Assembly: GCA_964106645.2 (NCBI GenBank)
Contig: OZ067041.1
Source: Podarcis pityusensis
Taxonomy: Eukaryota
Strand: one strand, 5' to 3'
Length of the DNA stretch: 64,000 bases
In this document: positions 12,267 to 24,620 of the stretch, piece by piece
Position numbering within the stretch: the first letter of the stretch is position 1
Layout of the letters: each line of letters begins with the position of its first letter
Position numbers and translations under genes: made by a program
The notes under the pieces: generated by a model
The model's database searches: none
The model's input: the letters and a program-made list of their open reading frames with translations, nothing else
Told to the model about the DNA's origin: nothing

Positions 12267-14723
12267 GGACTAGAAAATCCCCTGAAGGGTCTAGGCCATG
12301 ACAGACCCTTCCCAGTAGCTCTAATCCCATGGGTTGAAGGAGAGCCCAATTGTCCCCATCCTGAACATTTTAAAAAGGTCCAGGCCATCAGGATAAAAAG
12401 TTCTGGTCCACCACTCAGACATGAATCCCTGCATTCACCTGTTCCTTACCGCTTTAATGGAGGCAGTCTGCTTCACTCTGTTGCATGGGCAGAACCAGTC
12501 CCCCAATTCTGTATCTTCTTGTACAGTTCTTGTCCCACCCCCATGGTTATGCAGCAGTTTTAGCTCAAGGACTGGGTGAGTATGCGAGACACGCCAGCTC
12601 CTCTTTGAATTTGGAATGAGTTCCTATCAGTTACAGCCCCTGGCCCTCTGAGCTCTAACTAGGTTTAGCGAGAGAACGAAGCCACGACTATCCGTGCAGT
12701 GGAAGGAAAGGTAATCGTAGTACTAATGATTATTATGATGGCAGCATAAAGCCTCTGTGAGGGAAGCTCAGAGTCTTTCCATCAGTGCAAGCATGACTTA
12801 GTTTGCTGATTTTATGTGTTAAGACTGCCTCTCCGCCAGAGAGATCTAGGCAGGATCTAGAAAATAGTTGTGCTGCTATCTTGCTTCAGAACAATTCAAT
12901 TTATTCACATGGAGTAGCTAAGCTGGGGTTTCTCAATAGGTGGCCAGAATCTATAGAAACGGGGGGCAGCAGGTAGATAGCGATGAAATTAAAACTTGAA
13001 TCTGATGCTTGCCAGAGAACCTCTAACTGTTGAATGGAGGTAGCTGAAGGGAGATCCTTTTATGTTTGGCCATGCAACTTGTGCATCATAAGAACCTAAG
13101 AGCCCTGCAGAATCAGACCAAATGTCCATCTACTGCAGCATCCTGTCCTTGCGCCAGAGGCCCCAAAATAGGGATGCCTGCTTCATCAGATGTGGCAAGT
13201 TCCCTTTCAGGTTGTCAGGGGCAAGTGCCACCAGTAGTTTATGGAAGAAGCAGCACCAGTTGGTTGGTGGCGCTTCTTCACAACATCCAAAGCTTCAAGA
13301 GGTAGGGAGCCGAGTTTTCTAGGGGCTAAACAAGCCGCTGTGTGGCTTTATTGAAAATGCGCTGGCCACATGCTTTGTAGCTGCTGTCTAATGCACCTAG
13401 ATGTTACCATAGTGGCAAAAAGTGAATAGGTTTGCCCCCAAATGATCATCTCTCCGCCTGCACTTTCTGCCTTAGTAACTTAATGCACTGCGCCGTGAAT
13501 CCCAGTGTTGTGAGTGGAGATAGCTGCACCGAAGCCTTGTGTGAATAAAAATGTATAATGAAATGATGGGATAGCTCTCATCCCTTTTTGTACACCTCTT
13601 GTTCCACAACCCTGCAGCAAAGCTTGTTGTTGCAAACTCTCTATTGTGCTTTGTCAAGTAAAAATGAGAATATGCCTCCTGTGGCAGATAAAAGTGGTAA
13701 ATAATCTTGTTTGTATGTTAAACTTTTCAATTTTCTCCAGAGTTCTTCTTTGTTAGGCTTTTAAGCATTGTTATATATATATATATTATTTTTAGTTGCC
13801 TTTTGTAAACTGTGTTGCTTTTCTCATTCCTGCCGGGAAGGACTGAAAGACTGATATTCCTTTTAAGCATTATTGGCATTTTTGTTACCGCCTTTGTGGA
13901 GATGATTGCTCACATAAGTTATCTTTCAGACCTCTCTCCCTCTCCCAGATTTTGTCGTCTTTATTTCATGCTTGAAGGAGAAGTTGTTAAGCTGTTATTT
14001 AGAGACGCCGGCATTCCATTTGTGATGCTCTGTGCCTTGTTACTACCACAGAATGCCATTATTACACATGTCTCGGGGCCCAGCAGTTTGCAGCGAGAAG
14101 GAATTTGTGGATAAATGGCGGTTTCATGCTTTGTTAGGGGGGAGCAGGAATTAGGCACACCTGCAGCAATCCTTCAGCAGAACCAGGCCCTTGTGTTCAC
14201 GTGTAGAACCGTCATTAGGACTTCGTGAAGTCACTGGGCGTGCCAAATGTCATGCGGTATTAGCAATCTCATCCACGCTGAGCCTCCAGGCACCTTGGAA
14301 AGAGCTTTAAGGCAGCGTGAGAATTTATCCAAGCTGTGCTGGACATCGCACACTACCCTCTGGACCAGAAATTGGCATCTCCCGGGTGCAATTTAGAAAT
14401 AAGTTTGGTCCCTGAGAGATCTCAGGAATCCAGGCTGAATTTTGGTAAGGAGGGGAAGAAACGATGCCCTCCCTGAAGTTTTAGCACTTAAAGACTCACG
14501 GCCGAATGTGCGCTGAAAAATATTGGTAGCGTGGGTTACTGTACGTGAAGAAACTGCGCCCACTTTGCTGCTCCCCACACCTCCCTGACTGCACAGAAAT
14601 GAAGCAAGCATCCCATTCAGACTATCAATTGTGGGTGTTGGGAGTGAAACAAAACAAGCAAGCAACCCCCAGTTGCGATGTGACTTCTCCCTAAGAATCC
14701 TGGGAATTGTAGTTTGCCTGGGG

Positions 14724-14861
14724 CAGCGGTTCTCAACCTGTGGGTCCCCAGATGTTGTTGGACTACAACTCCCATCATCCCTGAGCTCTGGCCTTGCTAG
14801 CTAGGGGTGATGGGAGTTGTAGTTCAACAACATCTGGGGACCCACAGGTTGAGAGAGGCTG
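14724..14861. mobile_element. Palindromic hAT-type MITE
   Basis: Folds almost end to end (ctcaacctgtgggtccccagatgttgttggactacaactcccatca / tgatgggagttgtagttcaacaacatctggggacccacaggttgag); TSD gcctgggg/gcctaggg (7/8). Confidence 0.9.
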
Positions 14862-15239
14862 GCCTAGGGTGTTGGGAATTGTAGCTCTGCAAGTTCCCTT
14901 TATTCTTTGGGGGAAGCTATGTGCTTTTAATGTTTTTTTGGGGGGTGCAGCCTTAGAATCCTTCTAATACGTGTCTGTAGCTTCTTTATTTTACTATGCT
15001 CACTGCAGATAATCATTAGTGTGAAAATTACAGATAAAAAACCCCCTCTGCTCAGTGACATTCGAAATAAGTATCTCTCAACCCTGAAGTGATTGGGTGA
15101 TAATCATTAGATACGCAATGCCTTGATGTTAAATGCAGCATCACAGTTCTGGTGGAATAGTGACCTGGAAGGCAGGTGAAGCAAATATTTTCTATGGTAA
15201 TCCATAAGTCATTTAATGAAATGTATTTTCTAGACCAAA

Positions 15240-15290
15240 TTGAAGTTGTATTATTGTCACTGTGCCACTTGAAGTTGTATTATTGTCACT
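15240..15290. repeat. 22-bp direct duplication with 7-nt spacer
   Basis: ttgaagttgtattattgtcact at 15240-15261 and 15269-15290. Confidence 0.9.
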
Positions 15291-15514
15291 TTAGTAGGAA
15301 CAGGAGACACCATCAGAATTGGGACTCGGTGCATAGAAGGGGAGGCCAGTCCTCCCCATCTCTGCCAAAAATGGGCAATAGAAGTTGCCTCCTTCGCCTT
15401 GGGCTAATAACAGCTTCAGGGGAGCGAAGCCAGTTTTGATGTTGATATATCCATTTGACAGGGGAATGGATTGTTCCATTGGGATGCAGTTCTCTGACAA
15501 CTAGCCTTGGAGTA

Positions 15515-15756
15515 CAGTGGTACCTCGGGTTACATACGCTTCAGGTTACATACGCTTCAGGTTACAGACTCCACTAACCGAGAAATAGTACCTTAAGTTA
15601 AGAACTTTGCTTCAGGATGAGAACAGAAATTGTGCAGCGGCGCAGCAGCAGCAGCAGGAGGCCCCATTGGCTAAAGTGGTGCTTCAGGTTAAGAACAGTT
15701 TCAGGTTAAGAAAGGACCTGCAGAACGAATTAAGTACGTAACCAGAGGTACCACTG
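15515..15756 (+). mobile_element. Tigger-like ~240-bp MITE (main family)
   Basis: TIRs, TA TSD, family core sequence. Confidence 0.93.
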
Positions 15757-15973
15757 TACCTCTGTTGCCTTTGTTGGGGCTACTGAAATTTACTGAGACT
15801 AGTGGGAGAATTGCAATGGGACCAGAACAAAATAGCACAGACCACGAGGTTACCCCTGAGGATAAGAAACCCTAGTCAAGTTCCCACATGTCACCGTGTA
15901 ATTTGCAGCAAAGAAAATGTGCAGCTTCATGGTATGGCAGGGTAGTTAACATGGTACACTCTAGGTATATAAA

Positions 15974-16607
15974 AAAAGGTAAAGGACCCCTGGGCGGTTA
16001 AATCCAGTCAAAGGCAACGAGGGCAGGGGTAGGGAACCTAATGCCCAGGGGCCGGATGTGGCCCAATCGCCTTCTCAATCTGGCCTGCGGATGGTCTGGG
16101 AATCAGTGTGTTTTTACATGAGTAGAATGTGTCCTTTTATTTAAAATGCATCTCTGGGTTATTTGTGGGGCATAGGAATTCGTTCTCCCCCCCACACACA
16201 CACAATATAGTCCAGCCCACCACATGGTCTGAGAGATGGTGGACCAGCCCACGGCTGAAAAAGGTTGCTGACCCCTGGACTAGATGGTGCGGCACTCATC
16301 TCGCTTTCAGGCCGAGGGAGCCAGCGTTTGTCTGCAGACAGCTTTCCAGGTCATGTGACCAGCATGCTTCTGGCACAGCGGAACACCATGATGGAAACCA
16401 GAGCAGCGCACGGAAACGCCGCTTACCTTCCCGCTACAGTGGTATCTATCTATCTACTTGCACTGGCGTGCTTTTGAACTGCTAGGTTGGCAGGAGCTGG
16501 GACTGAGCAACGGGAGCTCACTCTATCGTGGGGATTCGAACCGCCGACCTTCTGATCAGCAAACCCAAGAGGCTCAGTGGTTTAGAGCACAGCGCCACCC
16601 GTGTCCT
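15974..16607 (-). mobile_element. Sauria SINE (divergent subfamily) split by a hAT MITE
   Basis: (AAAGGT) tail at left; tRNA-like head with ggattcgaacc B box near 16532-16542; body interrupted at 16024-16277. Confidence 0.88.
16024..16277. mobile_element. hAT-family MITE (same family as 28946-29194)
   Basis: CAGGGGTAGGGAACCT / AGGTTGCTGACCCCTG ends; shared core gtgtttttacatgagtagaatgtg...ttaaaatgcatctctggg. Confidence 0.88.
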
Positions 16608-17358
16608 ATGCTGCGATCCTGGCAGGGGCTGATGGGCATTGTTGGGCATGGAAGACATCTTGTTGGCTGTTCCTGTGCTGTTTCCCGTGTACTCCCCAGC
16701 CAATAATGCAGAGCAGGCGTGGGAAAACCCACAATGTGATGACATAATGTCACACTTTCATATAACAGGAAAAGGAGGGGGAACCTGACGCTGCGTTTCA
16801 GTGCTGCATTATATTCCTTTGATGGATGTCACGCCTTGCTCCCTTCTGAGATCATCAAAATACCACAGTCCTTGGAATGCACGGTCATTTTGGGTTGTAC
16901 AAGACTGCTAAATTGCAAATGACAACATTCTAGAGAAAATATTTCATGTGGAATTCTACATATATCTTGCACACGGGATTGCCTGATTTAATATGGCACT
17001 ATTTCAGAGAGCTACAATGTGTGTCTGAGGTTTGAGAGTTAATAATGTATCATATAAACACTGCTGAAGCTAACGCAGGACAGGAAAACCCCAAAGCAGC
17101 AATGAGAGAAAGAGACTTAGAATAGGAAATATATTTGTCCCTCCTGGTTGGCTGCAGCTGGCATTTCGCTAGCAAGTGAAACTGTGGACTAAAAACAGAA
17201 CCTTCAAGATATATGTTAATCTCCAGGCTTTAAAATAAATAATTCAGAACTTGTTTCGGTGAAACCTGAGGTGTAATATTTCTGTGCTTCTGTACAAGCC
17301 GTTGAAACCTACGTTGGGAACAACATAATCTAGTTTGAAGAATTAGATGAACTTGGAA

Positions 17359-17515
17359 TAAAAAAATTCCTTCCTGTAGCACCTTAAAGACCAACTAAGT
17401 TAGTTCTTGGTATAAGCTTTCGTGTGCATGCACACTTAGTTGGTCTTTAAGGTGCTACAGGAAGGAATTTTTTTATTTCGACTATGGCAGACCAACACGG
17501 CTACCCATCTGTAAC
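17359..17515. mobile_element. Penelope-like element remnant with inverted terminal segment
   Basis: Perfect 44-bp inverted repeat (17357-17400 / 17434-17477); reptile Penelope-type motifs taaggtgctac and gaccaacacggctacc; 12-bp TSD atgaacttggaa (17347-17358, 17516-17527). Confidence 0.82.
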
Positions 17516-17805
17516 ATGAACTTGGAAGTATCACATAACCATAAATAGCAAGTGTTTTCTCCCTGTGGTCAATAGCTTTCCACTGAAAGGCTCAGAAACC
17601 ACTCAACCAATTTGCATCAACGAAGTGTCATTCAAAAGCCTGTAATGAGTAGGCAGTTTAATTTTACAAAAATTGCTCATCGACCATGGGAATTTCAATT
17701 CAAAAAACATTCCGGTACTTCCTCTCCTCTCCTCTCCTTGTTTTGCTTTTATTTATTTCAGTTAAACATATATTCCTTCTCTCTGTGGATTATCATGGTG
17801 GCCAA

Positions 17806-17925
17806 CTAATAATAATAATAATAATAATAATAGTTATTATTATTTATTATTTATTATTTATACCCCGCCCATCTGGCTGGGCTTCCCCAGACACTCTCGG
17901 CGGCTTCCAACAAAATATTAAAGGT
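17806..17925 (-). mobile_element. L2-clade LINE extreme 3' end with (TAA)n tract
   Basis: tataccccgcccatctggctgggcttccccagacactctcggcggcttccaaca shared with the longer copies. Confidence 0.8.
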
Positions 17926-18420
17926 AAAATAATAATGATTACATGTTAAAAGTGAGCTGAGCAACAGATATGATGACCAGTCAAATCAAATGAAAGCACC
18001 TATCAAAACAATATTTTTAACAGGTGGCCAAAAAATCATTAAGGTGGGTCCCAGGCAAATCTTCCAGGGCAGATGATAGAATAAACCCTTGCCTGCCTTG
18101 CAACCAAACTTAGCCCCAATACAGGAGAGCCTTCTTCACTGATGTGAATGGATGGGCAGGTTCATATAAGAGGAGCCTCAGTTGCTAGTTCAAGGACCCT
18201 GTGACATCAGAGCAACTACACCAATGGCAAGCGTGTTAGAAGTTTGGGTGCAACGCAGCTTGCAAAAATGGGTCTTTGCAGGGGTTAAGACAGGTACAAC
18301 TAGAGACCTCCAGATTCCCAGACTATCCCAGTACCTTTAACCTCTCAAGGTGACCTCTCTACCTCTTTGATGTTAGACTGATATTGTCAGGTTGCATCCT
18401 GTTTTACAACTTCATATGTA

Positions 18421-19035
18421 TATTATTTTTATTAAATTTTCTGTTTTACAATTTAAAATACTCATTTTACATCCTTAAGATATCAGTGACTCCCCTTCTT
18501 CTCTTTCCATGGTTCATTTTACATATCATAAATCCCTGCATGTTTTACAAAAACTATGCCATTCAGTATTTCATTATTGCATCCATCAAAACTTATTTAC
18601 ACTGTTGAATTTATCTTAATGTGCCAGCGTTTTCAGCTGTACACAGTTATTTCCCATATATTCAATAAACATTTTCCAGTCTTCTCTAAACGTATGTTTT
18701 TCTGTTCTCTTATTCTATACGTTAAGTCTGCAAGCTGTGCATGTTTTGTCAATTTAAGTTGCCATTCTTTTTTAGTTGGGACCTCGCTCATTTTCCATTT
18801 TTGGGCTAACAAAACACGGGTCGCAGTAGTGGCATACATAAATAACAATTTTGACACCTGGGAATTTCAGTCTGAATTATCCCCAGCAGAAAGGACTCTA
18901 TTTTTTTTGGGGGGGGGGGGAGTACTTTTAAAAAATTTTTTCAATTCATTATGGATTATTTCCCAATACTCTTTTACCCTTTTACAAGTCTACCACATAT
19001 GAAGAACGTTTCCTGCTGCTCCTCAACACTTCTTT
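18421..19035 (-). mobile_element. L1-clade LINE 3' fragment (decayed ORF2 C-terminal CCHC region)
   Basis: Minus strand KC*GAAGNVLHMW*TCKRVKEYWEIIHNELKK...LFMYATTATRVLLAQKWK...EWQLKL with stops and frameshifts; A-rich tail near 18421-18440. Confidence 0.82.
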
Positions 19036-19096
19036 CTTAGAGCTCAGTATGAGAGGTCACATTGGAGCTATCCTCTGAAAGAACAGTTAGACTAGA

Positions 19097-19343
19097 ACCT
19101 TGGGTTACAGACGCTTCAGGTTGCGTTTTTTTGGGTTATGGACCGCCGAAACCTGGAAGTACCGGAATGGGTTGCTTCCGGGTTTCGGATATCGCGCATG
19201 CGCAGAAGCGCTAAATCGTGCTTGGCGCATAAGCGCCGAATCGCAACCCTCGTGTGCACAGATGCGCCGCTGCGGGTTGAAAACACTGCAGGTTACAAAT
19301 GTGTATCCTGCACAGATCATGTTCGCAACCCAAGCATCCACTG
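19097..19343. mobile_element. Tigger-like MITE, CpG-rich variant, left end eroded
   Basis: accttgggttacagacgcttcagg...gcaacccaagcatccactg|TA; related to 58301-58952. Confidence 0.75.
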
Positions 19344-19419
19344 TACTTCAAATATTTTGTGTATTAGGGGCTACTCCACCTTTGGTTCAAAAATTGCTTT
19401 GCAGAGGTAACTACCATAG

Positions 19420-19771
19420 GTAAAGGTAAAGGGACCCCTGACCATTAGGTCCAGTCGCGGATGACTCTGGGGTTGCAGCGCTCATCTCGCTTTACTGGCC
19501 AAGGAAGCCGGTGTACAGCTTCCGGGTCATGTGGCCAGCATGACTAAGCCGCTTCTGGCGTACCAGAGCAGCGCACGGAAACGCCATTTACCTTCCCGCC
19601 AGAGTGGTACCTATTTATCTACTTGCACTTTGACATGCTTTCGAACTGCTAGGTTGGCAGGAGCAGGGACCGAGCAACGCGACTCACCTCGTCGTGGGGA
19701 TTCGAACCGCCGACCTTCTGATCGGCAAGCCCTATGCTCTGTGGTTTAACCCACAGCACCTCCCGCGTCCT
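19420..19771 (-). mobile_element. Full-length Sauria SINE
   Basis: tRNA-derived head, (ACCTTT)n tail, 14-bp TSD ggtaactaccatag (19406-19419, 19772-19785). Confidence 0.95.
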
Positions 19772-20002
19772 GGTAACTACCATAGAGTTATCAAAATCGT
19801 CAAAAGTAGGGGGTCCGTGGCTTGGCTTTTGAAAAATAGGGGGTCCTCGGTAACTAGCTAATTGCGAAACACTGACCTAAAAGTTGACCCTTAAAACAAG
19901 ATTTACTTTCCATATGCTGCTCCCTCTGCATATGAAAGGGTTTCAATAGGTAACTGACACAGGTGAGCCCAATAGACACCTCCGCATGCAAAACTGATTG
20001 GT

Positions 20003-20118
20003 CACAGAATTGTGGAGTTGGAAAGGAGCACGAGGGTCATCTTGTCCAACACCTTGCAATGTAGAAATCTTTTGCCCAATGTGGGTCTCGAACCCACAGA
20101 CTTGAGCTGAAGAGTATC
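20003..20118 (-). mobile_element. tRNA(Lys)-like SINE with CR1-type tail, second copy
   Basis: agaattgtggagttggaaagga...tttgcccaatgtgggtctcgaaccc parallels 12134-12266. Confidence 0.72.
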
Positions 20119-21028
20119 ATCCTCTATTTACTGATGGTGAAACTGGGCAAGAAGAGCGTTCTGAAGGAGAGAAGATTGCCAAGAGGGGCATGGTCAAAGG
20201 ATGAGGAGGAAAGTGCAAGATTGTCAAGGGAAGTTCATAGGACACCGGGGGACACTCGCAGCCCATGAACTGTGCACATTCCGCTGTATATAATACTAGC
20301 AAACTATTGCGAAACTTTGAACGTGTGGTAAGCATGTTGCTTGAAGGACGTATCTGTGTCTACTGCTCATTTAAAGGAGGCATGTGGGAAATGCCCTAGA
20401 TAAATTTTGCTAGTCTTACTGACACTCGTGGGGCTGCCTTCAAAAATCCTCAAACATTTCGCCTCCGGGAGAATGTCTGTATTTGCATCAAATCTCGAGC
20501 CCTATTCACTCATTGCCCCTGGTGCAATTAAGAACTGCATGAGGGGGGAGAGGGAGGGTCTTGATGGCCCCACCCGTGCCATCTCCACCCCACTGCCCAT
20601 GTGTTGGGGGATCTTCTGAAAGGCACCTCTCAACAAGTGTTCTCTCCCTGTGATTTAGAACCTTGCATAGAAATTTTACAGGGAAGACTGCATGTGGTTT
20701 ATGTATGTAGAAACTAGATTCACCTCCCTAAAAACGCTGCATTTACAGTATAAAAGCACAAGCTAGTTCTGCCTAGATGACCTTTGTGAAGAAAGGAATG
20801 TGGAATGAAGACAAACAATAGTTCTTTCTTAGCAGATGTGCAGAAAGTCAGACACTGCTGAGCTACATTGGCATATTGGCTTCTTACAGGTGGCCCATTT
20901 GATTAATATATATTTTTTAATGCAGGTCTGCCACTACTAATACCACGTCTTGCCATTTGTGAACTTTTGTTTTTAAAAACCAAAACCCACTGTGTACTTC
21001 CCCTCCTCTCTACCACTAAAAGCATATA

Positions 21029-21270
21029 CAGTGGTACCTTGGGTTAAGAACTTAATTTGTTCTGGAGGTCCGTTCTTAACCTGAAACTGTTCTTAACCTG
21101 AAGCACCACTTTAGCTAATGGGGCCTCCTGCTGCCGCCGCCCCGCCGCCGCGCAATTTCTGTTCTCATCCTCAAGCAAAGTTCTTAACATCAGGTATTAT
21201 TTCTGGGTTAGCAGAGTCTGTAACCTGAGGCATCTGTAACCTGAAGCATCTGTAACCTGAGGTACCACTG
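21029..21270 (-). mobile_element. Tigger-like ~240-bp MITE (main family)
   Basis: TIRs, TA TSD, family core. Confidence 0.93.
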
Positions 21271-21858
21271 TACATGATGCTCTGTTAAAAATTTTTTAGA
21301 AAATGATGGTGAACAAGTAACTCAGCGATGCAGGAAGTATGGTTGGAACTGATAAGAATTCAAAGCAGCGGGACTGAAAGTGACAAATATTACATTTCCT
21401 TCCCACCTACAGCTGATGCAGACGTAATATTACCAATTGCTTAATCGTGAGCTAAGCAATTGAAAGTGGGCTGTGGGATTGCATGCTTCCTCTTCCGACT
21501 CCTTCCCTTCTGGGGTGAGAATTCCCCTCCCTCGAGTTTCACATTGGTTAATTATTCCAGCAGTAGCAAGATAGCCAGCTGGCTTCGAAGTGGCTTCAGA
21601 TGCCAGGTTCAATAGGATCTGCCCCAGCTGCAGCCAAACATGTCTCTCCCATATGTCTCTCTACAGCCAGAACAGGCGCTGTATCTCCCCAACGGTTTGA
21701 CTTCGCTCCATGAAGGCACACTCTTCCAGTGTCTCCTGAGACAGATGGATGCCAACCAACCAACTTTAAAGAGTTAACCATGGTTAAGCTGCGCAGAATT
21801 TGCACCACATATAGGAGTGGGTTGTGGAAGTTGGCATGTGTTTTTGAAGTTAATCCCT

Positions 21859-22191
21859 TGCAGGGAGTTGAATAGGATCCAAAATGCAGCAGTCTGATTT
21901 GTCCTAGAACAATAGGATTCAAAATGCAGCAGTCTGATTGGTCCTAGAACAATAGGACCCAGAATGCAGCAGTCTGATTGGTCCACAGGAGCCACCCAAT
22001 CCAGCTCCAGGTGGAAGTGAATCCGCAACCTGATTGGCCTACAGGAGAATCCCTGAATTAGCCAATCACGTGGGGCCCACTGTGTAAATACTGTATATAA
22101 AGCAGACATTCTGGGGGAACTTCCATTCCTCCTCACCACTATGAGCTGAATAAAGAGCATGAAATCCACTCTCGACTCAGAGTATATTTCA
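21859..22191 (+). mobile_element. Solo LTR-like element with 40-bp tandem repeats
   Basis: About 2.8 copies of a 40-bp unit (21871-21983), several CCAAT/ATTGG boxes, TATATAAA 22094-22101, AATAAA 22149-22154, ends in CA; 5' boundary and TSD uncertain. Confidence 0.72.
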
Positions 22192-24026
22192 AGGGTGTAG
22201 GCTGCTTCCTATTCCACCATATACAGTCTAATGTATAAGTATAAGATATTTCGAAGGATTTGCCACCGGATAGGACTGCCAGTACTTGGCTTTGAAAAAT
22301 GCTCTTGTATTTGTAATAACCGCAAAACGAGGAGCAGAGATACTTGTTGAAGCAAAGGAGGTATTTCCGGGACAATGGTTGACCTTGTTCCATGAGGGCC
22401 AGAAATAAATTTCCAAGAAACTTTACAGAACTGTTGTTGTTTGTGTGCTAACTTGGAAGCTCTGTGGAAGCGAAAAGGATTTATTGGTGCTTTTCTCAAA
22501 TACTTTGTTGAACACTGAAATCTCAAGGAAAGGAGAGCCAAGTTTGTTTCTTTCTTGTAGCCTGATAGTTCACGTTGACAGCTAAAGGGGAACATGTACA
22601 ATCATAGATGGGATTGACTTAAAGGTGGGTTAGGCCAAAGTGAATTTCTACTTTCAATTACTTGACTGCTTTTAGAAATCTAGAATGTAAAATATGAATG
22701 ACAGTTGCATCTTCTGAAATATAAGAAACACACAGAGAAATGCGCGCGCACACAATTAATAATTGACAAATTTTGCACTGTTTAAAAATGTTCTGTCAAG
22801 TCTTCTAACACCTTGTAGTTGCATGCCTTGGAACTGGCAAGGGACTCAGAAGGCAGAATATTTATAAACTCTTCTGTTTGGTGATATAGATCACGGTGTC
22901 ACTAAGCAAGCTGCAACAAGACCCAAGCTGCATTGCAGAATATTCTCAGGGGGGAGTAAGATGACTGTATGCACCTGTGGTTGGGAACCAGATGCAATTT
23001 AATTAAAATCCTGCAAAAAGTAATAAAAAAAAACGGATGATAGCTGTTCGAAGGTGTAGAGAGTGTGGTGATGGCTGTAGTTTTTGGAAATTGTAAACAA
23101 AGGACCAGAATAGAATTTTAGGGTGTACTATGTTACCGTGGCAACAAAGTAATTTCTGTAAATCTGTAGTGAGGAAAATCTGCAATAAGGAACCTTTGGA
23201 CCAGGAATTTAGACAGAAATGAGTGTTGGGAACCAACAAGTTACTTCATGCCTTAGACATCTTTTTTTTTTTAGAATGTCTGAACCAATAACCTTCATAT
23301 AGATTAATTGGTTGAATTGGTGAAGCTACCATTGATTAATTGGTGCTGGCAAATTTTAATCGGGAGAGAGGAGGGAATGCTGTCTTATTTGGTGAGGCTA
23401 CTTTGGTTCTGGTGTATTAATGTAATGGGGAACGCAAAAGAAAATACTGCCACAGAGGTTGCACGCCACAAGGGGGTTCCAGGCACTCACCCAGGGTTGT
23501 GTTCCTGCTGGGAAATCAGGGCACAGTGGAGACTAAGAAATATGGTTTATTGTGCACATATTTACACCTGGGCCTACTTCAGAGAGTGTTCAAGAGCATT
23601 ACATCTTGTGCCTCATAGCAGTGCAGCTTTGGAGTCCAAAGCATCCTGTCAGGATGGTTTTGCCCTGCCTGGAATTCTCCTTCTCCTTCCCATGAACCCT
23701 TGTAAAACAACTCTCTCCCCCCCCGTGGGCAGAGCCTGCCCCCTCTCCTGTTTCCCTAATTCTGGAAGCTGATATCCTAAACCAGTGGTTTTCAACCAGT
23801 GTGCCGTTGTATCCTGGGGTGCTTGAATGCTGGTCAGGGGTGCTGCGGACAACACTGGCCTCTATCCCTTTCCCTTCCCTCTTCTCTGAAGACTTCTTGT
23901 GTCTCTGCCTCTCAAAGGCAGATGTTTGTTGCAGCAGCCCTGGCTACAAGCTCTGCTGGCGAATGGTGCCTCTGGGGCTGGCCAGGGCGTACTGGTTGCC
24001 AGGAGCTGAGGCAGCTCAGAGACCTG

Positions 24027-24620
24027 GATGATAATAATAATAATAATTTATTTGTACCCTGTCCATCTGGCTGGTCTCCCCAGCCACTCTACGTGACTTC
24101 CAACAAAGATTAAAAATACATTAAAATATCACACATTAAAAGCTTCCCTAAACAGGGCTGCCTTCAGATGTCTTCTGAATGTCAGGTAGTTGTTTATCTC
24201 TTTGACATCTGATGGGAGGGCATTCCACAGGGTGGGTGCCACTACCGAGAAGGCCCTCTGCCTGGTTCCCTGTAGCTATGCCTCTCGCAGGGAGGGAACC
24301 GCCAGAAGGCCCTCAGCGCTGGACCTCAGTGTCCGGGCAGAACGATGGGGGTGGAGACGCTCCTTCAGGTATACAGTGGTACCTCGGATTACATACGCTA
24401 CAGGTTACATACGCTACAGGTTACAGACTCCGCTAACCCAGAAATAGTGCTTCAGGTTAAGAACTTTGCTTCAGGATGAGAACAGAAATCATGCAGCGGC
24501 AGCAGGAGGCCCCATTGGCTAAAGTGGTGCTTCAGGTTAAGAACAGTTTCAGGTTAAGAACAGACCTCCGGAACGAATTAAGTACTTAACCTGAGGTACT
24601 ACTGTGCTGGGCTGGGGCTG
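24027..24620 (-). mobile_element. L2-clade LINE 3' fragment with nested MITE
   Basis: (TAA)n tail, then cagggctgccttcagatgtcttct...gagacgctccttcaggtata shared with 41705-42060 and 60324-61131. Confidence 0.85.
24374..24604 (+). mobile_element. Tigger-like ~240-bp MITE (main family)
   Basis: TIRs and family core; right-hand TA appears mutated to TG. Confidence 0.9.

Noticed and set aside
14724-14861. Pre-miRNA-like hairpin
   Set aside because: Explained by a palindromic MITE with a TSD and sister copies in the window (44735-44850 and decayed ones near 10730, 32750 and 50230).
21871-21983. 40-bp repeats as a CRISPR-like array
   Set aside because: The units are contiguous with no unique spacers, the context is a vertebrate LTR, and there are no cas genes.
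21855-22195. cccttg...caaggg inverted flanks suggesting a TIR element
   Set aside because: Only 6-8 bp and plausibly chance; the internal TATA/polyA layout fits an LTR better.
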